A DNA stretch of 64,000 bases from Malacoraja senta (taxonomy: Eukaryota). The translations under genes and the position numbers were made by a program. The notes under the pieces were generated by a model. It ran no database searches. It was not told the DNA's origin and saw only the letters and a program-made list of their open reading frames with translations. Below are positions 38,579-52,090 of the stretch, piece after piece. Numbering within the stretch: the first letter of the stretch is position 1; each line of letters begins with the position of its first letter. The stretch spans positions 3,970,001 to 4,034,000 of the forward strand of contig CM075999.1 of the NCBI GenBank assembly GCA_038087875.1. The letters run 5' to 3'.

Positions 38579-41449
38579 TACACCACAGTCTAATGTGAAA
38601 CTGTAAAATTAGTAATCCTGTCTTCACAAAACAGAGGGAAATAACAAGATAGTGGATTTTATTTCCAGTACCAATGACAATAAGTCTACGCCTTAAATGG
38701 CTGCAAATGAGGAAATGTGCAGCCTTGGCCATGACTCGTCCGCTCGGAAGCATCTGGGGAATTCAGAGGACATTTTAACTCCCTGTAATGGTGCGATTCT
38801 TCCTTTAGAAATCCTACACGATGTTGAAGCGAAGCAAACGGGACTAGTCCACCTTACAACGGATTCCTGCTTTGCTTTGAGGGCAAACAGCATCTGAACA
38901 GCGTCACCACCCTCAAAGCAGCCAACAACACACAGATATTGGGGGTCTGTGAAGCCGTAACATGGCTGACTTCATGTTTGAAGTCTGGTGCAGAATTGGA
39001 CCAGTTAAATACACATGATGTATGTATCACTGTAGTTCGTCTTTAATCCTCCCTCGCCACAAATGGAGAGATTGCAGACAGGTTTGTCAGTGTGGAGGAA
39101 GGAACTGCAGATGTTGGTTTAAACCGAAGATAGACACAAAAAGCCGGAGTAACTCAGTAGGACAGGCAGCATCTCTGGAGAGAAGGAACGGGTGACGTTA
39201 TATCTCTCTACATCACCGTCTCCATCTCTCATTTCCCTTTCCCCTGACTCTCAGTCTGAAGTTGGGCCTCGACCCGAATTGTCACCCATTCCGTCTCTCC
39301 AGAGATGCTGCCTGTTCCGCTAAGTTACTCCAGGTTATTGTGTCTAATGTCAGTGTGAATGTTGGCATACGGGGGACATTAGTGTGGGGGGAGACGTCAA
39401 TATCACCAGGGCTTGGGCACGCACTGATTATTCACAAGCACGCCTCACGTTGCTGACATGCAGAGTTATGGATTTCATGTTTGCTTTTTTCTTTCTGATC
39501 CACGATTTTGAGGACTGAAGCCAGCACTAGTCCAGGACATTTGTGTAAGATGACAGAGGAAGAGAATGTCCTGCCTTGGGAAGGGATTGTTTTAATCTCT
39601 TGTTAGAAGAAGCTCCTCCTTCATTATAGTTTAATTAAAATACATATAATTATCTACTCTGGAAATTAGATTCTGCTTGATTCCCGTGAGTGGTCGTTTT
39701 TACGTTTAACCAGTTCTTGGACAGGTACAATCTAACGTTAACTCTTTAGCTGAGAATCCTGTCTGCCTTTCAGTTAGCACGCAACATGGAAACCAATTTA
39801 CATTTCTTTAATTCAGCATCCGTAACATATAAATAATCCTGTAAGAAATTTTAAAATAAATGGTCAGATTAAATCTAAGTAAAGCGTCACGAAGCATTTG
39901 AGGGATTGATACTGATCTGGAAAGGATATCTTTGCTTGAAGCTTTAGGGTTCAAGAAGGGAGGGGAAAAAAGGAAAACGTATTATTTTTTAAATTCTCAT
40001 AAAAATGAAGGGTTTCCAAGGCGGGAATCTCAGGTGGATAGTGTGCAGGCGTTCCTGAATTCAGTGCCAAGCACCCCTCCCCCAGCCTCCTCCCCTTCCC
40101 CACCCCCTCCCTCTGGGGATTACAACCGGCTGCGGCATAATAACTCTGTCTTCAACTGAAGGCAGCACTAGATTAGACTGATCCCTGATTGCGGGGGGTG
40201 GGGGTGGGGGGGGGGGGGAATGATGATGGAGTGGGGAGGGGGGGGGGTTCTTCACCAAACTAAACCCAGCGTGAGTGGGAGTGTGGCGACTTTATCCACA
40301 TCAGATTCCACACATATAATTTTCTAAGCTCAAAAAACCCAAACAGGCATCTTTTAAAACCTTGCCCATTAGACATATGCAAACATTCTCTGGTTATTTG
40401 CATTCGCCTGCTGTTCGTGAATGCTAATCTGTGCTTTCACCTTTGGGATGTGGGTTAGAATCTCACAAACACACCCGCGTGTTAGGACGCAGCAAATCAT
40501 TTCTCATCAAGCCTTCAGCAAAGAGGCCACAGGAAACAGGGCAGTGGTTGGGAACATCACAGGTAGGGAGTGAAGTGGGCAGACGAGAGTGCAGTGATTG
40601 GGCCGCATTTCTGCAGCTGCCAGAGGCAAGATCTTACAGCCACGCTGTTTAATGCACGCTATCGCCAGCCCCATGGGAGTGAATGGGAACAAGGGCATAT
40701 AATGCGTGCAGACGGGTAACCCAAGGGGCATGGACGTTAGGGGGAGGTAGTGGTGTGGGGGTTGGAGGAGGCGATGGAATGGAGGGGGTGGGGGGGGGGA
40801 GAGGAAGGAAGGAAGAGAGGCCAGAGCAGGAGGGGAAAGGGGATGGATATTAGGTACCACCATCAGACAGCCCGTGTTGAATTTGAGGTGGACTCTCAAC
40901 TCCTTCTCTTACAGCGCAAATCCCAACACAATGTTCTGCAAATTTTCCATTTTGAATAAATAATTTGTTAACCCTTGGGGCAAGGCCATTTTGTTTGCTG
41001 CTTTGTGAGCCTGGGTATTGTCATCCATGGCAGCATTAATGTTCAGGATGAAATACTCGGCGAGCAGGGACCTATACAGCTTCAGCACTTGGCCATATTT
41101 TAAATGAAATCACTCCTTTTATTTATCACTTGCTGTGTGATCATTGGCCAAATCTCATTCTCTTGAACTCATTGTATTCTGGTGAGACTTTACCCCTGAA
41201 TGTCGATTTGATTTCTATTCTCCCAATCTTCCAAGGTTAGACAATAGACAATAGGTGCAGGAGTAGGCCATTCGGCCCTTCGAGCCAGCATCGCCATTCA
41301 ATGTGATGATGGTTAGGATTCTGTTTCGTTTATTTATTGTCACATGTACAGAGACACAGTGGTCACATCACATGGTACACGAGTACAATAGATCCTCTTC
41401 TGGAACAGAAGGCAGAGAGTCACCATGTTCCAATAGCACTGCCTATAAA

Positions 41450-41658
41450 GACCTTCTTCTCACGATCTCTCGTTTTCACACCTCACCCTCCCATATCTCC
41501 ATGTCTCCCTCTCCCCTGAGTCTCAGTCTGAAGAAGGGTCTCGACCCGAAACGTCACCCATTCCTTCTCTCCAGAGATGCTGCCTGTCCCACTGAATTAC
41601 TCCAACATGTTGTGTCTATCTTCGGTGTAAACCAGCATCTGCAGTTCCTTCCTACACA
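41450..41658 (+). mobile_element. Penelope-like terminal-repeat derivative with an intact hammerhead-like core (41528-41555)
   Basis: CTGAAGA-A-GGGT-CTCG-ACCC-GAAAC-GTC. Confidence 0.7.
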
Positions 41659-42107
41659 CGTATTGCCTTAAGGAGCTGTAAAGTTGTACTGCAGGTTCCC
41701 TCAGTGCATCCATACTTCTAAGTCCCAGCCATTTACTGTGCATGTCAGGTCAGCATTAGATCACGTAAAATGCATCACCTCGTGTTGGTCAGGATTAAAT
41801 TCCCTCTGCCACTGCTCCCCCCAGCCCCCCCCCCCCCACCCCCCATCTTTCCAGCTGGTCCACGTCCCCAGCATCTTGGGGTAACCATCCCCGCTATCTA
41901 AATCTCCATCGTGTTGTCAGCAAACTGACTTATCAGACCACGGAAGCCATTCTCACCCATGTGACAAATAACAAAGGAGCCAGCACCGATTCCTGTGTTA
42001 CACCACTGATTACAGACATCCAGTCGATGAAACAACCTTCCACTACCCGCTGCCTCCCATCGCCCAGACTATCCTGGACCAGTTTGCCAGCACATCTCCC
42101 ATCTCAT

Positions 42108-42435
42108 AATGAAAGGCCTGGATAGAGTGGATGTGGAGAGTCGAAGACCAGAGGGCACAACCTCAGAATAAAAGGACGTTTCTTTAGAATGGAGATGAGG
42201 AGGAATTTCTTTAGTCAGAGGGTGGTGAATCTGTGGAATTCATTGCCACAGACGGCTGTGGAGGCCAAGTTAATGGGTAGTTTTAAGGGGGAGATTGACA
42301 GATCATTGTACAGGCGTCAGGGGTTATGGGGAGAATGGATGGGGTTAGGAGGGAAAGATAGATCAGCCATGATTGAATGGCATAGACTTGATGGGCCGAA
42401 TGGCCTAATTCTGCTCCAAGAACATGAACATGAAC
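42108..42435 (+). mobile_element. CR1 LINE 3' fragment
   Basis: MRRNFFSQRVVNLWNSLP and the 3' UTR hairpin. Confidence 0.8.
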
Positions 42436-43339
42436 CAACATTCTGGAACAGCCTTGCTAAAGTCCACATATGCTAAAACTACCACCTCTAAGCTTTCTTA
42501 GTAGCCTCCTCAGAAATCTCAATCATCTTTGTGAGATAGGATTTCCCCTTCACAAAGACCAGCCGACCCCCACCTCTCCCATCCATCACTACCTTTCCGA
42601 GTACGTACTCACAAATCCATGCCTATGTCATTTCCCACTAGGCTTGGCCAGGCCGACCTTGCAACGCTGCCAGGACAACGGACCTTCATGGTCAGGTCCA
42701 GACCCCTGAACTTACAACAACTGGGACTTGAAAATGGCACCAAAATCTGGTGAACCTGTACACCGTCTCATGTACGACTGCTACACACGTGTACCGTATC
42801 TGAGATGCTTATCTAACAGATATCTAAGTGTTTATGTATAGTGATACGTACTAAACTGTACCTCGGTACAGGTGACAACAAGGGCCAGTGAACCAATGAA
42901 GTATTTGGTTAGAACACCATACACATCCGCTTGGTCCATACAAAGTCTCCCCCTCCGCCTTTCTGCCCCCTCTCTCCCTTCACAACCGTCCACGATACTC
43001 GTAGTCGAGTGACCGAGCAACGCTCTTCACTCTGTTGACGATCTCATCACTACGTCCACCGCAGTTAAACTCCACTCAGGCATTGTTCAAAAAGACAACA
43101 ACTCCGCCCAGCCAATCTTGCCTCAAAGCTAAATTCTCATGCCCTGATAATAGCCTCATAAATCGCCTCGTAAATCCCTCTATAGTCCGAAGCTTTAACG
43201 TGGAGACTAGAAAGTGGGAGAACGTGTCTTATACATCAACTATAACCCCCCGCTGTTGCTCCTGTGCTTCGGCCAATTGACGTTTCATGGTGGAGTTCAA
43301 GTTGTCTGCTGGGAAGTAGCAATAAACTGATCAACTACC

Positions 43340-43705
43340 GCCCCGACCAGCGATCCCCGCACACTAACACAAGCCTACACACACTAGGGACAATTTACAC
43401 TTAGACCAAGTATACAAACCCAAGACAATTAACCCCACAAACCCGAAGAAGGGTCTCGAGCCGAAACATCACCCATTCCTTCTCTCCAGAGATGCTGCCT
43501 GACCCGCTGAGTTACTCCAGCATTTTGTGTCAACCTACAAACCTCTACGTCTTTGGAGTGCGGGAGGAAACCGAAGATCTCGGAGAAAACCCACGCGGTC
43601 ACGGGGAGCACGTACAGACTTCGTACAGACAGCACCTGTAGTCGGGATCGAACCCGGGTCTCCGGCGCTGGAAGGCAGCAACTCTATCGCTGCGCCACCA
43701 TGTCG
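43340..43705 (-). mobile_element. V-SINE interrupted by a Penelope-derived cassette (~43441-43530)
   Basis: SINE body on both sides of the insert. Confidence 0.75.
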
Positions 43706-46444
43706 TTTAGTGGAGGCCAAGTCAGTGGATATATTTTAAGGCAGAGATAGATAGATTCTTGATTAGTACGGGTGTCAGGGGTTATGAGGGAAATGGGATT
43801 AGGAGGGAGAGATAGGACAGCCATGATTGACTTGATGGGCCAAATGGCCTAATTCTTCTCCTATCACTTATGAACTTATGAATTGCCTGGAACAGTTTGA
43901 AGTGCTGATGCAAAGTGAAATTGGTTAAAAAAAACCCACCACCAATGGCGCTCACAATGTCCTCAGTGGGATGTTAGACCATCAACACTGGCCTCGGCTC
44001 ATCCAGTGTGCAATAAAACAGGTTTGTGGCACGTTAAATGGATTAATATGCCCTCCTAAAATAAAAACCCTCACACTAATACACGAGGCAATCTCCAGCG
44101 ACGGCAATAACTAGGTTTTATTGTTTGTGATAATGTATTTGTGAAATTAAAATACATTTGAAATGACAAAAGGATTCTTTAAGAAAGCACCAGAATAATC
44201 TATTTGAGATTAGCTGTAAAATGCAATTAATCCTGAGATAACGTTTATACTTGCGTTCCCCGAAACTGATGAACAGCGTGGACTGGCGGTGTGGATTTGG
44301 CAAACTGGCTGGGTTCTGCACCGCCGCAGTTCAGTTTAGTTTAGTTTAGAGATACAGCGCAGAAACAGGCCCTTCAGCCCACCGAGACCTTACCGACCAG
44401 TGGTCACCGCACACAACACTATCCTACACACTAGGGACCACAACCACTTAATCCACAGTGGGTTTGGAGTGTGGGAGGAAACCGGGGCGCCCGGAGAAAA
44501 CCCACGCAGGTCACAGGGAGAACATAGCTGTACCTCTATTTAAAGTAACATTTTAGGTGTTACTCCACATGGCAACAAGCTCCAAACACTTGGAACTCTC
44601 CAAGGGAAGAAATTCCTCCTCATCGCAAACACTTCTTCAGACTCGTCCCAACCCCTAGGATCCCCTTTAAAACAAAAAAACAATAGGAGCAGAATGAGGC
44701 CATTCGGCCCATCGTCTACTCCGCCATTCAATCATGACTGATCTATCTTTCCCTCTAAACCCCATTCTCCTGCCTTCTCCCTGTAGCCTTCAACACCCGT
44801 ACTAATCAAGAATCTGTCAATCTCCACCTTAAAAAATACCCATTGACTTGGCCTCCTCAGCTGTCTGTGGCAAAGAATTCCACAGATTCACCGCCCTTCA
44901 CCATCTTGGCTATTTCTCTAAAGTTTACACGTTGCTATTTTTTCCAACTGATTTACCCAATCTATAAGAGGATCAGTTTCTTGTGATTATTGCTCTGTTC
45001 TTTTTTTAAATAAAATCTCATCAATTGTGTGATTTACAACCTTGTGCTGGAGTGCAGATACTTTTATGAGTCCGTGCATAATTCCGACCAGTGCCTTCCC
45101 TTCGGACTCTAATTCCTACAACAGAGAACATCTGCTCTGCTTCCACCCACCGCTGGGTGAGTTATCTATAATATGTACCCCATCTAAGCCATCAATCCCT
45201 CCTTATTTGTAAGGCCCACTCATGCAGCTTCACTGGACAATCCCGAACCAATATCCTCTCTATGAACCATAACCTATGAAGGGTTTTGGCCTGAAACGTT
45301 GCCCATTTCCTTCGCTCCATAGATGCTGCCGCACCCGCTGAGTTTCTCCAGCACTTTTGTCTTCCTTTGATTTTCCAGCATCTGCAGTTCCTTCTTAAAC
45401 ATCCTCTCTATGAAATGCCGAGATTATCTCCCTGATGTAAAAAAAAACTCTTGCCTCCAACTTTATCAACTTTACCTTCAACTCCACTTTCGTAGCATCT
45501 GAGCCCTGAACATTGAGCTGCCAGTCTTGCCCTGTGTCCCAGAGCTAAGCTATCCCAGTCCCATGGACCGATCCAAGCCCAGAGCTTCTGACCAAAGATA
45601 TTGACTCCCTTTAACATAAAGAAGATACAAAGAATTGTGGGTGATGGAATAGACAATAGACAATAGACAACTGTAGGTGATGGAATCTTGTGCAAAACAC
45701 AGAGTGCTGGAGGAACTCAGTGGGTCAGGCAGCATCTGTGGAGGGAATGAAGTGGAACCCTGACCCAAAATGTCGCCTGACCCACTGAGTCTGTCAATTC
45801 CCTCCACAGATGCTGCCTGACCCACTGGGGTTCTGCAGCAATTTGTGTTCTTCCATTTTAGTCCATCAGACCTTGCCCAGTCCCAGACCTGTGCCCTGCC
45901 TGTCCTCTCCGCGGAGCCCACTCACATTAACAACTACATTAGGCTTTATTTCCCTATCTGCCACACTGTAGCTTTGGGTCCTGAGATGTACAAGTAAGCA
46001 GAAGCCCATTACGCTAATGAATTATGAGACCACTTTTGCTCGACATGGTCCCAGGGGTTCTGCAGGGAAAGGGCTTTATTAGCTTGACCAGCCAGTAGTG
46101 AGTTGATGTTAGTCATTCCATCAGCTTGGACTCTGCTGTAGTGACAGGTTTACACGGCCACTGTGATGGATCGCACTCTGAACGAGTAAAACATCCATAT
46201 TTAGTGCCGAACATTACTGAATTCAGCACGGACCTGCTTACATAACCTCGGGGACCAATGTAAGTCCACAGATAATCTTGTCACGTAAATGACTGTCAAA
46301 CTTAAAATTAATAAAATGCCTCAGCCCTTGCTTAAGTGGGATTTTAGCACAATAAATGCTTCTGCTTGTTACAGGGAACAGTTTCCCAGTTAAACTCCAA
46401 CACTTGATTTCTTAGTTGGAACTATCCTGCACTCGACATCGTGT

Positions 46445-46900
46445 TCATAAGTACTAGGAGCAGAGTTAGGCCATTTGGCCCATCAAGTCTACTCCGCCAT
46501 TCAATCATGGATGATCTATCTCTCCCTCCTAACCCCATTTTCCTGCCTTCTCCCCATAACCCATACTAATTAAGAATCTGTCAATCTCTGCCTTAAAAAC
46601 ACCCAATGACTTGGCCTCCAGAAACGTTTTGTGGCAATGAATTCTACAGATTCACCACCCTCTGGCTATAGAAATTCCTTCTCATCTCCTTTCTAAAGGA
46701 ACGTCCTTTAATTCTGAGGCTATGGCCTCTGGTCGTAGACTCTCCCACTAGTGGAAACATCCTCACCACATCCACTCTATCCAAGCCTTTCACTATTCGT
46801 TAAGTTTCATTGATGTCGCCCTCGTCTTCTAAACTCCAGCGAGTGCAGGCCCAGTGCCGTCAAACACCCAACATAGGTTAACCTACTCATTCCTTGGATC
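46445..46900 (-). mobile_element. CR1 LINE 3' fragment
   Basis: Same subfamily as 38185-38578. Confidence 0.8.
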
Positions 46901-47109
46901 GACATCAAGTATGGAGCAGCTTCTGATAAAACTGACCCTGGATCTGAGGCAACGTCTCAACCAGAAACTTGAAACTCTGGCGCTGTGAGGCAGCAACTCT
47001 ACTACCGTGTCACCATTTCATTTGCACATATCCTTAAACAAAACCCCCTCACCACTCATGTGGTGCCCTGGGGTCATCTCCCTTTCCTTGTTTGAGGGTG
47101 TCTGTCCCT

Positions 47110-47854
47110 CAGTGCCCAGCAGCAGAAGGGGCCTGGACTGTTGCTGCGGTTGGACTGATGCAGAGGTTGCTCAGTGATGCAGTGCTCAGTGATGCAGTGA
47201 TGCAGAGGTTGCTCAGTGATGCACTGTTCCTCAGTGATGCAGTGCTCAGTGATGCAGTGATGCACTGTTCCTCAGTGATGCAGTGTTCCTCAGTGATGCA
47301 GTGATGCACTGTTCCTCAGTGATGCAGTGCTCAGTGATGCAATGATGCACTGTTCCTCAGTGATGCACTGTTCCTCAGTGATGCAGTGATGCACTGTTCC
47401 TCAGTGATGCAGTGCTCAGTGATGCAGTGATGCACTCTTCCTCAGTGATGCAGTGCTCAGTGATGCAGTGCTCAGTGATGCAGTGATGCACTGTTCCTCA
47501 GTGATGCAGTGCTCAGTGATGCAGTGATGCACTGTTCCTCAGTGATGCAGTGCTCAGTGATGCAGTGCTCAGTGATCCAGTGATGCACTGTTCCTCAGTG
47601 ATGCAGTGCTCAGTGATGCAGTGATGCACTGTTCCTCAGTGATGCAGTCCTCAGTGATGCAGTGATGCACTGTTCCTCAGTGATGCAGTCCTCAGTGATG
47701 CAGTGATGCACTGTTCCTCAGTGATGCACTGTTCCTCAGTGATGCAGTGCTCAGTGATGCAGTGATGCACTGTTCCTCAGTGATGCAGTCCTCAGTGATG
47801 CAGTGCCCAGCAGCAGAAGGGGCCTGCACCGTCACTGTGGTTGGACTGATGCAG
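47110..47854 (+). repeat. CAGTGATG-based composite minisatellite bounded by a ~54 bp direct repeat
   Basis: Units CAGTGATG, CAGTGCT and CACTGTTCCT; flanks CAGTGCCCAGCAGCAGAAGGGGCCTG...GGTTGGACTGATGCAG at 47110 and 47801. Confidence 0.9.
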
Positions 47855-49043
47855 TGTTCCCAAGCTTAGTGTTTACTGGGAAGAGGGGGATTAGGCTTGT
47901 GGAACATTCCCCATTGGTGGGAGAATCGCGCCTGGGAGCAGGAAGCAGCCTGAGATATCCGCAAATTAATGGGAACATTGATTTAGATTTTGTATATATC
48001 CCCAGAGACTCTTTGGTCTGGCTCTAAGTGGTAGATGAAGACAAAATGCTTGGACATTGCTGAATTAATGGAGTGCAGAAATGTATTTATTAATGTTGGT
48101 GTCATTCACATGGTGAGATGGAGGGAGCTCTTGGTGTTTTTAAAGATTCCCTTGTTTGCTCTGCTCCATGTTCCTAACAGTCATTAAGGAGGCCGTTCTA
48201 ATGAACTGGCTTACATTACTCCAGCACGGAGTAATTGACAATGGGCCTGGCTTTATTACTGAGGAAGACTGCTCTGCGGGAGCTCGTATTAACAATGTGT
48301 CAGCGTTATAGAGGTTGCTTTCACAAAGAAAATCAAATGTTTTGATTGCTGAATTACAGGAACTGCTAACTGAGATGGCAGAAGGCCTTGTTACTGACCA
48401 AATGTTGGTGAATGGGATTAGTACAGTTTCTTATTGCCACGTGTAGAGAGGTGCAGTGAATGCTTGTGTGCAATCCAGTCACGTCCCACTGTACATCAGG
48501 GCAATAGATCCTCTTCTGGAACAGCGCGCCAAGTCTCTGTAAAGTTTGCTCTTGGCCCAAGGAGATGTACGGTTCCTCTCGTTAAGGCCGGGTATCCTGG
48601 CGGCACTCAAGGGGTGAAGTAGGGGGAGGCCTGGTCCCTTCAACTCCGGTAAAGGAATAAAGATATAATAGTTGATTTCTCTCATTTCAAGTAATCTCTG
48701 CATTCCCTCCCACCCCCACCCTGGACGTCCTGCTAGTTCCACTGTTCATATCCTTGTATCCCTTTGGTATCACCTCTTCCCCAGCCAACAATGGGCCATT
48801 GTGGGCTCCACCCTTCCTTGGTCATCTGTTGCCGGCCCTGCTTTATTATGACCATTTCTCACGTCCAGTTCCCTCTCCTATACATGCAGTCTGAAGAAGG
48901 GTCTCAACCCGAAACATCACCCATCTTTTTTCTCCAGAGATGCTGCCTGACCCACTGAGTTCCTCCAACATTTTGTATTTCACTTGAGATTCCACCCTCT
49001 GTAGTTCCATGTTGGCAAGGCTAAGGGAATACATGGCCGGAGA

Positions 49044-49350
49044 TGGGGCGTTATGGTGGCGCAGCGGTAGAGTTGCTGCCTCACAGAGCCAGAGACCCGG
49101 GAACGATCCCAACCAGGGGTGCTGTCTGTATGGAGTTTGTACGTTCTCCCCGTGACCGCGTGGGTTTTCTCCAGGTGCTCTGGTTTCCTCCCACACTCCA
49201 AAGACATGCAGGTTTGTAGGTTAATTGGCTTGGTATAATTGTAAATTATCCCTAGTGTGTAGGATAGTGTTAGTGTGTGGGGCGGGGGTCACTGCTCGGC
49301 TCGGACGGTGGTCCGATGGCCCTGTTTCCGCACTGTATTTCTAAAGCTAA
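49044..49350 (+). mobile_element. Full-length V-SINE/HE1-type SINE
   Basis: A box TGGCGCAGCGG, B-box-like GGAACGATCC, V-domain, CR1-derived tail. Confidence 0.85.
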
Positions 49351-50661
49351 AAAAACGAAAAAACTAATAGGAAGTGGTGATATTTCAGGGATACAACATA
49401 TGCATTCAATCAATGTTTCCCCTTTGAGGAAACCATCATTGTAATTCATTTTGAAAGCTAGACTGAAAAAGTATTGGGAACTCATGATGTCATAATAAAC
49501 AGAGAGGAATTCCTCTGATCACCCACATCAGTCAACAATCAGCTGTCAGAAGGCCCCGCCCCAGCTTTCAAATGCCCTCTGCTCTAAAATGTATTCTAAC
49601 CTCACTTTATAAAATCACACAAAAGGTGCACTTAATGTTGTAGCAACTACACTTGATATTCAGTTTAAACTCACAACTATGGTACTAACCAAATATTTTA
49701 GCATTTAATTGTTTCCTTCATGTCAATAAAAAAGGATAAATATTGGTGGTGTTTTTCCATGAATCACAAGCAGGTCCAAGACACTGGAGGTAAACCTGGA
49801 AACATCACCCATTCCTTCTCTCCAGAGATGCTGCCTGTCCCGCTGAGTTACTCCAGCATTTTGTGTCTATCTTCGGTTTAAACCGGCATCTGCAGTTCCT
49901 TCATACACAGGAGGTAAACCATATGTTGGTTTCTATTTCAGGATGTTTGAGTTTACACGGTGCCTCTTCTTTGTAGACAAAAAGATGCTGGCACGCATAT
50001 CAATTAAAAATCGAGCTACATTTTCAAACAATTTCTTTCATCAATAAACCTCACTCATGCATTTTGGTTTTGTGAGCAATTAACGTAGAGTCGTACAGCA
50101 TGGAAGCAGGCCCTTCCGTCCAACATGCCCATGCCGATCCAGATGCCCTATCTATGCTAGTTCCACCTACTTGTGTTTGGCCTATATCCCTCAAAACCTG
50201 TCCTTTCCACCTACCTGTCCAAATATCTTTTAACTGTTGTTATTGAAACTACCTCCTCCGGCAGCTCGTTCCATACACCCACCACCCCTGCGTGGAAAAA
50301 GTTGCCCCTCAGGTTCCTATTAAATCTTTCCCCTCTCACCTTAAACTTATGTCCTCTGGTTCTTGATTCCCCAACCATGGGTAAAAGATTCTCTGCATTC
50401 ACCTGATCTCCCCCTCGTGATTTTAGACACCATACTTCTTATTTCATAAACTATTAAGTAAAAAGTATAAAATCAACATGTTAAAAAAAATGAAAAGCTG
50501 CTTTTTTGCTTAATAGAGTTCCTAGTACACTGTACCATCACATAAGCACACAGAGGATACGTGTAGAGACATCTTTAACACATTACATAGGCTCTGGTGA
50601 GACCGCACCTGGAATGTTGTGTGTGGTTCTGGGCTCCACACCAGATGAAGGAAGTTTTAAT

Positions 50662-50968
50662 TTTTTAGTTTAAGAGATACAGCGTGGAAACAAGCCCTTC
50701 GGCCCAACGAGTCCGTGCCGACCAACGACCCCTACATACACTAGCACTATCCTACACACTAGTATAATTTACAATTTTACCAGCCAATTAGACTTCAAAC
50801 CTGTACGTCTTTGGAGTGTGGGAGGAAACAGGAAATCGCGGAGAAAACCCACGCAGGTCACGGGGAGAACGTACAAACTCCATACAGACAGCACCCGTAG
50901 TCAGGATCGAACCTGAGTCTCTGAGGCTGTGAGGCAGCAACTCTACCGCTGCGCCACCGTGCCGACCC
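50662..50968 (-). mobile_element. Full-length V-SINE/HE1-type SINE
   Basis: Same structure on minus; B box GGTTCGATCC. Confidence 0.85.
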
Positions 50969-51435
50969 ATCATCATCTCCGGCCATGTATTTTCTAAGCC
51001 TTGTCAACATGGAGACACTAGGAACTGCGGATGGTGGAATCTTAAGTGAAATACAAAGTGCTGGAGGAACCCTGCTGTAGACAGATTAAACCGACTGGTA
51101 AAATGAAGAAGAGTCTCGACCCGAAACGTCACCCATTCCTTCTCTCCAGAGATGCTGCCTGTCCCACTGAGTTACTCCAGCATGTTGTGTCTATCTTCGG
51201 TTTAAACCAGCATCTGCAGTTCCTTCCTGCGCGGTGAAATGTAAAATGTAATGCCATTTTATTTTATTTTGTACATTTTACTTTGTACGGGAACGTCACG
51301 TTGTCACCTTCCCCCAGCTAACAATGATCCATTTTACATCTTCCTTCAGCTTCATCCTCTTTGATCACAGGTTTTCACACCTTACACTAAGAGTCATAGA
51401 GTCATAGTGATGCAGTGGGGAAACAAGTCCTTCGA

Positions 51436-52090
51436 CCAACATGCCCACACCGCCCAACATGCCGACACCGCCCAACATGCCCACACTGACCAACATGCGC
51501 ACACCGACCAACATGCCCACACCGCCCAACATGCCCACACCGCCCAACATGCCCACACTGACCAACATGCGCACACCGACCAACATGCCCACACCGACCA
51601 ACATGCCGACACCGCCCAACATGCCCACACCAACCAACATGCCCACACTGACCAACATGCGCACACCGACCAACATGCCGACACCGCCCAACATGCCCAC
51701 ACTGACCAACATGCCCACACCGACCAACATGCCGACACCGCCCAACATGCCCACACCGACCAGCATGCCCACACCGACCAACATGCCCACACGGACCAAC
51801 ATGCCCACACGGACCAACATGCCCACACGGACCAACATGCCCACACGGACCAACATGCGCACACCGACCAACATTCCCACACTGACCAACATGCCCACAC
51901 GGACCAACATGCCCACACGGACCAACATGCCCACACCAACCAACATGCCCACACGGACCAACATGTCCACACGGACCAACATGCGCACACCGACCAACAT
52001 GCCCACACCAACCAACATGCCCACACCGCCCAACATGCCCACACTGACCAACATGCGCACACCGCCCAACATGCCCACACCGACCAACAT
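51436..52090 (+). repeat. 18 bp minisatellite (CCAACATGCCCACACCGA), ~36 units, expanded within a CR1-type 3' tail
   Basis: Tandem array; its flanks match the CR1 tail seen at 60355-60440. Confidence 0.9.

Noticed and set aside
47110..47854. CRISPR-like appearance
   Set aside because: No unique spacers, no cas genes, vertebrate context.
49044..49120. tRNA gene
   Set aside because: tRNA-derived SINE head continuing into the V-domain.
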